Assembly (NCBI GenBank): GCA_963833985.1
Contig: CAWIAD010000001.1
Coordinates: 704,001 to 768,000, forward strand
Reading direction: 5' to 3'
Origin: an uncultured Planctomycetaceae bacterium
Lineage (GTDB): Bacteria > Planctomycetota > Planctomycetia > Isosphaerales > Isosphaeraceae
Length of the DNA: 64,000 nt
The translations under genes were made by a program, and so were the position numbers. Under the pieces are notes generated by a model. The model did not search any database. It was given only the letters and a program-made list of their open reading frames with translations, and was not told where the DNA came from. Of this stretch, positions 33,648 to 42,939 are shown in pieces (positions within the stretch are counted from its first letter, which is position 1; each line of letters starts with the position of its first letter).

Positions 33648-35705
33648 ATGAAATGGCTCATGGTCTTCAGCGTCCTTTTGGCCTTCTCTGCGCCGGCAAG
33701 CGGGGCGCTGAAGCTGGAAGAAGTGAGGACCGCATCGAACAACGTCCTCGTGGCCTGTTTCAAGAGTACAACGGTGAACCCGAACGAGGTGAACATCGCC
33801 GACCTGTCAGCCTGGAAGCTCAATAGCGAGCCTGTGACGGCCATCCACAAGTTCGTCACCGAGGCTGACGCTTGCGATCATCATATCTACTTGCACGTGC
33901 CGGTCCTTCAGAATGGCAATCGGTACACGCTTCAGACGCCGCACGGCGAAACGACCTTTGTTTTCGACGATCACCGGGTCTTCTGCGAGTCGATCAAGAC
34001 CAATCAGAATGCGTACTCGGCACTTTCGAAGGTGCGCTACGCCAACTTCGCCATCTGGCTGGGCGACGGCGGCCCGCAGCCAATCGACGGTCGTCTGCCG
34101 GACTATACCGTGTTCCGGCTCCCAGGTGGCGAGACCATCGCTCAAGGGACGCTCCGGGAGATTGGGAAGGATGCCTCGTCGGGAGACCACGTCTACCGCA
34201 TTGACCTCTCGGCCGTGCCCGAGGGAGGCCCGTACAGTATTGCCGTGGCAGGCTACGGCTGTTCCTATCCGTTCGGCGTCGGCGGAGACTTCTCGCGCAA
34301 GCTGGCCCACGTGTCATTCCGCGCTCTCTATCATCAGCGTTGCGGCTGCCCGGTGCATGAGCCCTATGCCTGGAACATCCGCATGAAGCCCTGCCACACG
34401 ACCATCTACCAGACCAGCCAGCCGATCGGCGAGGCCCGCCTGGTCGTGAAGGGGACCGAGCCCACGTTCATCGCCTATGGCGGCTATCACGACGCGGGCG
34501 ATGCGGACCGCCGCACCTACCACATGGACGTCACCGCAACCCTGCTGACCACCTATGAAGCGTTTCCAGAGCTCTTCACCGACGACCAGTACAACATTCC
34601 CGACAGGTTCGACGCCCAGTACAACATTGTGGGGAAGGCGAACGGCATCCCCGACATCCTCGACGAGGCGGAATGGGGCGGGATGTTCTGGGAATACATG
34701 CAAGAGCCCTCAGGTGCCATCCACTGGGGCACCGAGACGCAGGGCTATTCGCCGTTCACAACCTACGATCGCGAGACGAAGCGGTTCGGCACCGAGGTGC
34801 TCGACAGGCGCTCGGCCGCCTTCGCGGCCGGCATGTTCATGCACCTCGCCCGCTTGATCCAGACCTACAAGCCGCAGCGCGCCGCGGAGTTGCAGAAGCA
34901 CGCGGAGCTGGCGATGGCGGCCGCGGGAAACGCGGCTCGGCCGTCCCATCGGCTCTATTTCGCGGTGCAGAAATACTTGCTCACAGGTGACGAATCCGCC
35001 CATCAAACCGTCAAGGAGCTGGCAGACGCGGCCCAGGCTTACGCGGGGACGTTCAACAACCCGCCCGAATCGTTCGCCGGCGGAGGCTGGCTGGCCTCCT
35101 TCTTCTTCTCCTACATCGTCGAGAAGAAGCGGCCCACCGATCCTCATGTCGTGTCCCGGTTCAAGGAGGCCATCAAGGCAGCCGCCGAGCGGGAGATGGG
35201 ATTCCTGGCCGCGAACGCCTACCCGGTCGGTACGCCGCTGAATCTGCGGTGGTGGGGCAGCAACGCGGCGCAGGGGCAGTACGCCTACCCATGCCTGCTC
35301 TACTGGTCGCTGACCAAAGATCAAAAATATGTCGATGCGGCCAGCCAGCTCATGGACTACGTCCAGGGGCTCAATCCGCTCGGTAAATGCTACATGTGCG
35401 GGATCGGCTTCAACCGGGTGCACAACCCGCACGACCGCGAATCGGCCTACACCAAGCAGCAGGGCTGGGGCCCCCGGCCGGGTATCCTGGTGTTCGGGCC
35501 GGGCGGGTCGGGCAGGGGAGTGTCGCTCCCCGAGGTCCGGACGCTGCCGCGGGAGCGCAGGTATATCGATAACCGGGGCTCCATCCAGTGGAGTGAATTC
35601 ACCATCTACCAGAGCCTTTGCTTCCCTGCCGCCGTTTACCCCGTGCTGGCGAACGGCGGCAAGTGGGAAGACACTCGTGATCCATTCGCAACAGCACCGA
35701 GATGA
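33648..35705 (+). CDS. Glycoside hydrolase family 9 with N-terminal Ig-like domain, secreted
   Basis: GGYHDAGD, NGIPDILDEA, GLNPLGKCY, HNPHDR, C-terminal EFTIYQ. Confidence 0.85.
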   Translation: MKWLMVFSVLLAFSAPASGALKLEEVRTASNNVLVACFKSTTVNPNEVNIADLSAWKLNSEPVTAIHKFVTEADACDHHIYLHVPVLQNGNRYTLQTPHGETTFVFDDHRVFCESIKTNQNAYSALSKVRYANFAIWLGDGGPQPIDGRLPDYTVFRLPGGETIAQGTLREIGKDASSGDHVYRIDLSAVPEGGPYSIAVAGYGCSYPFGVGGDFSRKLAHVSFRALYHQRCGCPVHEPYAWNIRMKPCHTTIYQTSQPIGEARLVVKGTEPTFIAYGGYHDAGDADRRTYHMDVTATLLTTYEAFPELFTDDQYNIPDRFDAQYNIVGKANGIPDILDEAEWGGMFWEYMQEPSGAIHWGTETQGYSPFTTYDRETKRFGTEVLDRRSAAFAAGMFMHLARLIQTYKPQRAAELQKHAELAMAAAGNAARPSHRLYFAVQKYLLTGDESAHQTVKELADAAQAYAGTFNNPPESFAGGGWLASFFFSYIVEKKRPTDPHVVSRFKEAIKAAAEREMGFLAANAYPVGTPLNLRWWGSNAAQGQYAYPCLLYWSLTKDQKYVDAASQLMDYVQGLNPLGKCYMCGIGFNRVHNPHDRESAYTKQQGWGPRPGILVFGPGGSGRGVSLPEVRTLPRERRYIDNRGSIQWSEFTIYQSLCFPAAVYPVLANGGKWEDTRDPFATAPR

Positions 35706-35765
35706 GCCTTCGCGATTGCACCCCACGCGGCTTGAAAGGCCGGATCAGAGGCCCCTGGCGGACCG

Positions 35766-37514
35766 TCACCGCTCCAGAGTCACGGCCACCAGGAACGGGT
35801 CGCACTCCTTGGCCGAGGAAAGCACGTCGATCGCGGCGATCTCCGCCTCGGGGTGTGGGTTGGTCCAGGTGATCGCGTACAGCCGGACCTTCAGTCCGTG
35901 CCTGGTGTCGGTGTAGTCGTTGGTTCCGGTCCAGGCGGGCACGGCGCCGGTCGGGTCCTCCTGGCGAGACTCCCACTTCCACCAGTTCACGAGGTTCTTG
36001 CCGTAGATGATTGGTATGCGGGTGCTGGTGCCGTCGCCATAGCGCATGATGTATGCGCCGAGCAAGCTTCCGCTCGGCGCTTCCTGCTCAGTGGAGTGCA
36101 GCACGTGAACCAGTCGGGCGTGGGCGTGCACCGGTATGGACTTCACCGTGCGAGGAAGATCCGCGCGAAGTTCTCCCTGCACCTGCACGAATCGCTCGCC
36201 GATCCGGAAGTACGCCCCTCCCAGCTTGTGCACCCCGCGCGGCAGGCGATCGAGATCGTTGCCCAGGCCCGGGTGGCCCGGCCCATCCGCCAGGAAACTG
36301 GTGCCCACGGGATCGAGATCGACGAAGGTCAATCTCTCCTTCAGATCGGGTGCGATCGGTTCATCGGCCATCGACGGGGCATCGCGGGGTACCGACCGGT
36401 CAGGCGCCAGCGCGTAGGTCAGATCAACCGGCTGGCGGTCGGGCGGCACCGGTTCGGGTGACTCCGACGGCACGAATCGCGACCGGCTGAGGGTGAGGAT
36501 GACCGGGGCCGGTCCGAGCTTGCGGAGGACGAAGAAGCCGTTGCAGTCGGTCCTCGCCGGCTTGGGAATTCCGAGGAATCCCTCACCGGGCTGGATCCCC
36601 CGGGTCGGCTCAACCTCCACCATGACCCCGACCAGCGGATGGCCCTGCGGGTCGCGAACATGTCCGGTGAGGGTACGGCCACCGGGCAAGCCTCCTCTTG
36701 TCGGCCCGGGAGGGAAGTGAGGCATGATCGGCGGGTGGGCCGATCGCGGCTCAAGCGGCGGCGGTGGGGGAGGAGGAGGAGGCGCCGGGATGAATGCCTC
36801 TGCTTTCAATCCCCCCTCGTCCTTTCCGGGCGCGCTCCGCAGCAGGAGGACAGGCCTGGCCTCTCCCTGGGCACCAACCATGACGATCCTCCGCGCCACC
36901 CTTGCGTTCGTGCCCGGGTCAGCCAGCGAGATCTCGTGCTCGCCCGGAGCGACGTGGAACTCAAACTGCCCCTGGTCGTCCGTCTCCGTGGCGAGCACAA
37001 CTCGACCGGAATCCGGGCGCGACGGCCCGGTTGCCATGATGCTCGCTCCGGCCAGCGGCCTGGCCGAATCGCGATCGCGCACGACGCCGCGGAGCGGGCG
37101 ACCTTCGATCACCTGGAGGTCCGCGTTTGTATCGCAGCCGGCACGAACGCGAACGCCTTCGATCGCGACAGCCGTGGCCCTGGCGCATTCCGGAACGTCG
37201 ATGAGCAGCATGTTATAGACCCCCGGCGCAACCCCGTCCAGCATGAACCGGCCACCGTCGGGCTGGCTCCTCGTCGTTGGGATTTGTCCAATCAATAAGT
37301 TCTCCTCGACAGGCTCGGCCACCACCTTGGCACCGGCGATGGGCTTCTTCGTGGTGGCGTCCTTCACCGAGCCGATGATCCGTCCGCCGCGCTCTCGATC
37401 TATCGGATCAGGCACTGCCCGCCCTGATCCGTTCTCGCGGTCCTGAGCGGCCGCCATCAAACAGAGCGGTGGAACGAGCGAGAGTGACAGGATGCCGATC
37501 CCGGTCCATCGCAT
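35766..37514 (-). CDS. Secreted protein with carboxypeptidase regulatory-like domains, polyproline linker and C-terminal beta-sandwich domain
   Basis: GxVxD...PxAGA repeats (x3), ETDDQGQF, Pro run, C-terminal YGDG..PIIYG..WTNPHPE. Confidence 0.75.
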   Translation of the reverse strand: MRWTGIGILSLSLVPPLCLMAAAQDRENGSGRAVPDPIDRERGGRIIGSVKDATTKKPIAGAKVVAEPVEENLLIGQIPTTRSQPDGGRFMLDGVAPGVYNMLLIDVPECARATAVAIEGVRVRAGCDTNADLQVIEGRPLRGVVRDRDSARPLAGASIMATGPSRPDSGRVVLATETDDQGQFEFHVAPGEHEISLADPGTNARVARRIVMVGAQGEARPVLLLRSAPGKDEGGLKAEAFIPAPPPPPPPPPLEPRSAHPPIMPHFPPGPTRGGLPGGRTLTGHVRDPQGHPLVGVMVEVEPTRGIQPGEGFLGIPKPARTDCNGFFVLRKLGPAPVILTLSRSRFVPSESPEPVPPDRQPVDLTYALAPDRSVPRDAPSMADEPIAPDLKERLTFVDLDPVGTSFLADGPGHPGLGNDLDRLPRGVHKLGGAYFRIGERFVQVQGELRADLPRTVKSIPVHAHARLVHVLHSTEQEAPSGSLLGAYIMRYGDGTSTRIPIIYGKNLVNWWKWESRQEDPTGAVPAWTGTNDYTDTRHGLKVRLYAITWTNPHPEAEIAAIDVLSSAKECDPFLVAVTLER

Positions 37515-38049
37515 GATCTGGTCCCCCCCGATGTTCACAAGGTGCTCGACGCGGTCGCATGGACCTCGCGCCATGATCAGACATCTGTGCGATGGCCGCA
37601 AGACTTCACGCACAGGGCATCAGGCTCGTAACCTTCGCCCGCCAGAAGTAAGCCTCGGGCGCTGGCCGCCCGCGCGGCCCTGTTCCATCCAGCCCCGCCA
37701 GTCCGCCCCGGCCCGATTGGCTTCGATTTCGGTCCATCGAATCGAAGCCGATCAACGTTAGTCCTTGATTTGCATGGACTTGAAGTGTGTTTCCGAATTG
37801 GCTTCGCTCGGGATCATTTTTTCAACCCGCCCAACGGACGATCGCCCGGACACGGTTGAGTCAGCTTTCGGCCCCTGCGCGCCGCCTGTCCCTGGCGGCA
37901 CGCGTGGTTCTCTCAAACGACCGAATTGTCAAGGAGCCGGCGCTGCACCGTCATGGTTAGTTTACGGTGCAAAGGCCGCGGATCTCACGAACCGTCACCG
38001 GTTTTGATCTCCCCTTGCGGCACCTCAGCCCCTTGTTCCCTGAGGACTC

Positions 38050-38400
38050 ATGCGCGTGCTTTTCTACTCGATCTGCTGCGATCTCGATCCCTCCGGCGGT
38101 GCGGTGTTCTGCATCTGGAACCGTAGAAACTGCTGTAGGAACTGCTCACGGCAGGGGAACGTGCTATGCTGCGCGCTCACGGCCGGCATACGGGACGCCC
38201 AGCGCGATACGACATTCACCGAGGTGCCTGCGGCGCTGGCTCTGCCGGTGGCGATTCCGCGGGACTGAAATCGGGGCACGCCACCGAGGTGTTCGACCCG
38301 GATGACAAAGGAGTCCGCGTCGGGCTCAAGCCTCCCCCGTCCGGCCGCGCCGAGCGGTCTCCCGATCCGCGTGAAGGCGTCACGTTCCTTGACCTGGCCG
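38050..38400 (+). pseudogene. Decayed N-terminal fragment of a planctomycete GT4-like glycosyltransferase
   Basis: MRVLFYSICCDLDPSGGA..., ALTAGIRD, SGRAERSPDPREGVTFLDLA across broken frames; recognised from memory of the family. Confidence 0.5.
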
Positions 38401-38689
38401 TTGACGTACGGGGGGTGGATGGCCACGTGCGCCAGCACGTGGTTCCACAGTCGCAGCCCCCAGCCTCGGGCGCCAGCCTGACCCGCCCTTCGCGGCATCG
38501 CATACGTCGCCAGGGTGATGGCCCGCCTGTACCGGGGTTCAAAAGTGCATGGCCGCGTGCGTGAGGGCGTGGTTTGGGTGGGCGCAGCCTCCCACCTCGG
38601 GCGCCAGCCCGAGCAGGATCCGGTCGCGCACCGGGCATGCAATAGCATGCCCTACTGTTGCTCCGTCCAAGGCGTCAAGGAGATCGGTC

Positions 38690-39130
38690 CAGCCGCAGGC
38701 CCGCAGCCGGCCCTTGCGCTGCATTCGAGCCTGCCACGCTGCCGGCCTTGGCGGCCTTCAGGTCCTCGGCCCGGCCCTGCTCCCGCACGTGCTCGTCCCG
38801 CTTGATCGCCGTGCGGACGCTTACCTCGGGCTCCTCGGCAACGCCCGCGGCCACCGGGTTCAAGTCGACGTGAGGGCAGTGCTCAGAAGAGATGCTTGAT
38901 CGAGAATGGCCAAACGCAGGTACTGTGCCTCGAAGAACGCCCCGCGGCTCTGGTCCTCGCGGTTGGAAAGCCGAGAGAGATTCCTTGAGACACAACACGA
39001 ACGAGCTCAGGCGTTGCAGCCCCGGGCGTGCGGTTGCCACCCACTTGGCGTCTTTCAGCCGACTCTGCACCTAGTGGTTGAAGACCGGCAGGTCCCTGTC
39101 GTGACTTGTCGCAGGGGGAGGAGACGCGCC
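38690..39130 (-). pseudogene. Remnant of REP-associated tyrosine (Y1/RAYT-like) transposase
   Basis: DKSRQ..., RLKDAKWVATAR..LQRLSSFVLCLKESL, AFFE, VDLNPVAAGVAE.PE, EQGRAEDLKAA..GSVAGS; stops and frameshifts; catalytic YIDLNP degraded. Confidence 0.7.
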
Positions 39131-39670
39131 CAGCACAGCCGTGGAGCAACCTGTTCCTGCGGCCGATCGCACTCTTGACAGCTCGTCAGACGGCGGTCCA
39201 GGGTCGGCGCTGGTTGCGGCGCGTGGCCTGACAGAGCGTAGACGGGTCGACTCAGGCGACATCAACCTGGCACGGGCGGTCGACCCCGACCGGATCTGTC
39301 CACGATGGGACGGCCCAGTCAGCTTCATCGGCTGCGGTCAGCGGCGCTGCCAGACGCAGTGCTTGCCCGTGATCCGGCCACAACTGCTCGATCTCCTTGA
39401 CGGTATGCAAGGCTGCTTCACGTGTCCTTCTGCTTCGCTTCTCACAATCTCAGGTGCAGAAAGGAGCATGCCATTAAGGTCGGCGCGCGGGAGCATCGAC
39501 CTCCGCCTCTTTTATCGGCCCGGCCACAATTCTAAGCGGCCGCAAAGCGACCCCTCTTCGGCACCTGGCCGAAAAATCGCTGCGGTCCCGATCTCTCCGG
39601 CTGGATAATCAAACGGCCTTACACCGGGCATCGGGGCAGGCGCAGCGCGAAAGGGGGCAGGCGCGCGGCG

Positions 39671-40888
39671 TCAGTTGAGCGAGGGCGAGATGGCCGCGTG
39701 CTCCGCGGTGGATGGGGCCTGCGGACTCAGGGTGAAGGCCGCCGGCTTGACGCCCGTCAGGAGATAGTCGACCAGCTCTCTGACGGGCCGGATGGCGGGG
39801 CCGAAGGGGAGCGGCTCGGCGCCGCGGAAGAAGAGTCCGTGCTCGACGTCGCCAGCGAGCGCGGCCGCCAGATGAACCGCAATGCAGAACTGTCCCGCGC
39901 GGGTTGCCGTCGCGGAAGCCGCACGCGATCAGGCAGTTCGAGCCGATCACGCACTGCCGCGCGGCGCCGGCCTGCTGCTGAAGTTCGTCGGCCCGTTTCA
40001 GGTATCGCGCCAGCCAGGGGGTGCACACGGCGCGGGCCGGCAGCCCGGCGTCACTCATGAAGGTGACGATGTCGTCGGCCGTCGCTCCGGCAAGCACCTT
40101 CTTGAAGTTGGGGTGGGCATCGCCCTCCTCGGTGACGGCGAAAGGTGTGCCGACCTGCGCGGCACTCGCCCCGAGCGCAAGCACATGGCGCAGCCGCTCG
40201 TGACTGTTGATGCCGCCCGCCGCGATCAGCGGTATGCGCCCCGGATCAATACCCATCGAGCGGAACAGATCGATCGCTCCGGGAATGACTGCTTCGAAAT
40301 CGAAGCGCGGCTCGTCCAGGTCTTCCAGCCTGGTGGCGCCGAGGTGGCCGCCGGCGAAGAACGGATGCTCGATCACGATGGCGTCTGGCAGCCGGTTCTT
40401 GCGCGCCATTTCTTGAGCACGATGCTGATGCCTCGAACGTCGGAGAGGATGGGAATCAAGGCGACTTCCGGGTAATCGACCGTGAGGTCTGGTAGATCGA
40501 AGGGCAGCCCGGCTCCCATGACAATCGCTTCGGCACCGCTTGCACACGACTGGCGCACGAACGCCGCGTATTCGGACACCGTGCGCATCACGTTGACGGC
40601 AACCAGTCCCTTTCCTCCGGCAATGGCCCGCGCCGCCTTGATTTCTCGGTCCAGTGCGATCAGGTTCACCTCATCGATCACGGCCTTGTCTCGCCCTCGT
40701 CCCGAGCGTTCCATCAGGTCCGGATGATGACGCCGCAGGTCCACGCTGGCGATCGTCCCCATGGCGCCCAGGCGCGCGACACTGCCTGCCAGTCGGTGCG
40801 CCGAGATGCCCACCCCCATGCCCCCCTGGACGATGGGAAGCAGCGTTTTTCCCTTGATGCGCAGGGGAGCAACGTTCTTGAACATCAT
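39671..40888 (-). CDS. Nitronate monooxygenase family flavoprotein, FabX/UfaA-like (frameshifts ~40410 and ~39895)
   Basis: PIVQGGMGVGIS, MGAGLP, AGGHLG, IAAGGI, QVGTPF, C-terminal C..C..C..FCI, GLFFRG. Confidence 0.85.
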
Positions 40889-41287
40889 GTTGAGGCTCCT
40901 GGTCGGTAGATCAGGCAGAGGGATGGAGCGACCGGCTCGGTCGTCTTCCTGCGTCGTCGCTTCGTTGAAGGTCGATTCCAGGCCGAGCTCTCGCGGGCCC
41001 GAGGACGTGGCGGCAAAGGCAAGCGGCCGCCTGACTTCCATGGCCGCAAACCGCCGGCCTCCGTCACTGGAGCAAAGTTCGAGACGGATTTCCATGCTCT
41101 AGTGGACAGAATAGGTCACGAATCTCGCCCGAATGAAACAGCCGAGACCGCTCTGGCTGGCACCGAGGCTGCGTACTTCCCCGTCTGTGCCGAGGATGCT
41201 GCCAGATGAGCGTGCAATCGACCCGGAACCGGCGGTAGAATATCGAGATGGCCACCGTCCGCTCCTTCCAGCCCGTGCGAGCGCTCC

Positions 41288-42286
41288 ATGACCTCGTCCG
41301 CCACTTCACTCATCGATTCGTTTGGCAGGGGGCACAACAACCTGCGGATCAGCGTCACCGACCGGTGCAACATCCGCTGCGTTTACTGCATGCCGGAGAA
41401 CCCCGAGTTCCTGCCTCGAACGAAGCTGCTCAGTTTTGAAGAGATCGAGCGTTTCGTGCGAGTTGTCGTGCCTCTGGGCATCGACAAGATCCGGCTTACC
41501 GGCGGCGAGCCGCTGGTCCGGCGCGATATCGATGTGCTCGTCTCCAAGCTCGCGCTCATCCCCGGCATCCTCGACATCGGCCTGACGACGAACGGGATTC
41601 TGCTGGCGCCTCTGGCAGGCCCGCTCTGGAACGCCGGGCTGCGGCGGATCAACGTCAGCCTGGACACGCTGGATCCGGAGCGATTTCAGGCGCTCACGCG
41701 ACGGCCGGGGGTGGAGCAGGTGATCGAAGGCATCCTGGCGGCGCAGAAAGCTGGTTTTCACCCCGTGAAGGTCAACGCGGTCGCAATCAAGGGGAGCACC
41801 GAGGAGGACGTGATTCCGCTGGCACGCTTCGCCCGGGAGCATGGCCTGGAGCTGCGGTTCATCGAGTATATGCCGCTCGATGGCGGATTGTGGGAACGAG
41901 GCAAGGTGCTGCTGGCCGAGGAGATCCTCGAGCGGCTGACTCGCGGGATCGGCCCGTTGGTCCCGGCGCCGGACCAGGATCCCCGAGCGCCAGCCATTGA
42001 TTACGACTACGCAGACGGCCGCGGCCGGGTGGGTATCATCGCGTCCGTGAGCCGGCCCTTTTGCATGAGCTGCAACCGGATTCGGCTGACGTCCGACGGC
42101 AAGCTGCGGAACTGCCTGTTCTCGCTTGAGGAGACCGACATCCGCGGCCTGCTAAGGAGCGGAGCGGGTGACGCTCAGATTACCAGCGCAGTACGAGCGT
42201 CGGTGGCCGCGAAGTGGGAGGGCCATGAGATCAACACGGCGCGGTTCATCCAGCCGGATCGGCTCATGCATTCGATTGGCGGGTGA
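41288..42286 (+). CDS. moaA: GTP 3',8-cyclase (radical SAM)
   Basis: LRISVTDRCNIRCVYCMP, TGGEPL, RFIEYMP, FCMSCNRIRL..CL, C-terminal IGG. Confidence 0.98.
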   Translation: MTSSATSLIDSFGRGHNNLRISVTDRCNIRCVYCMPENPEFLPRTKLLSFEEIERFVRVVVPLGIDKIRLTGGEPLVRRDIDVLVSKLALIPGILDIGLTTNGILLAPLAGPLWNAGLRRINVSLDTLDPERFQALTRRPGVEQVIEGILAAQKAGFHPVKVNAVAIKGSTEEDVIPLARFAREHGLELRFIEYMPLDGGLWERGKVLLAEEILERLTRGIGPLVPAPDQDPRAPAIDYDYADGRGRVGIIASVSRPFCMSCNRIRLTSDGKLRNCLFSLEETDIRGLLRSGAGDAQITSAVRASVAAKWEGHEINTARFIQPDRLMHSIGG

Positions 42287-42330
42287 TGAGCCCGAAGACG
42301 AACCGGCGCGCCGCAAGCGCGAACATCCGA

Positions 42331-42687
42331 TCACGGCACAGGATGGTGCGAGCCGTGATCGAAGTCACAGAGGGGGTCGTGAGATCGTGTCGACTTCGCG
42401 GCATATGGTGCGATCCCGAAGCGGGCAAGCCAGGCATCTCGCAGGGTCAATACGCAAACGAGGAACACACCGGTACCTACTCCCAGGAACAGGCCGCTGA
42501 CCACCCCGAGTCCGAAGCCGAATTCGGTGGGATCGATGATCTGCCCTGCACCCGCTCCTGGAGAATGGAGCCAGAGCACGAAACCTGGTGCCAGCGTGCC
42601 CACGGCAGCACCCACGACGCCTCCGGCTGCTCCAGCCGCAAACGTGCACGATATGACAGCTACGATCGCCTGCGAGAGTCGAATCAT
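42331..42687 (-). CDS. Small two-TM membrane hypothetical protein
   Basis: Two Gly-rich hydrophobic segments; 21 bp downstream of Rpn gene, same strand. Confidence 0.6.
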   Translation of the reverse strand: MIRLSQAIVAVISCTFAAGAAGGVVGAAVGTLAPGFVLWLHSPGAGAGQIIDPTEFGFGLGVVSGLFLGVGTGVFLVCVLTLRDAWLARFGIAPYAAKSTRSHDPLCDFDHGSHHPVP

Positions 42688-42708
42688 TTCGATGATTCCT
42701 GGAGGATT

Positions 42709-42939
42709 CTAGATTTCGAGCAGCTCGTCGGCGGACTGGGCCGAGAAGATGTTCGCTCCCCAGCGCAGGAGCGTATCGGGGTCTGCGGCGCGGAGCCGCT
42801 CGCGCTGGGGTTCTTCCAGCACGCCGAAGCGCTGTTCCAGGAGACGCATCAGCAGGGCGGCCTCACCCTCCTGCCGTCCTTCGATGCGTCCCTGCTGCTT
42901 CCACTCTTCGGTCCATTCGAGCACGCGCTGGGCGATCAT
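42709..42939 (-). CDS. Putative nested in-frame small protein RpnS (76 aa) from an internal start
   Basis: AGGAGGT (42953-42947) 7 nt upstream of in-frame ATG at 42939. Confidence 0.6.
   Translation of the reverse strand: MIAQRVLEWTEEWKQQGRIEGRQEGEAALLMRLLEQRFGVLEEPQRERLRAADPDTLLRWGANIFSAQSADELLEI

Noticed and set aside
36755..36790. GGA/GGC microsatellite
   Set aside because: Simply encodes a polyproline linker with mixed codons.
39141..39608. 155-aa ORF in the decayed region
   Set aside because: No motifs or coding-like bias; probably further unrecognised remnant.
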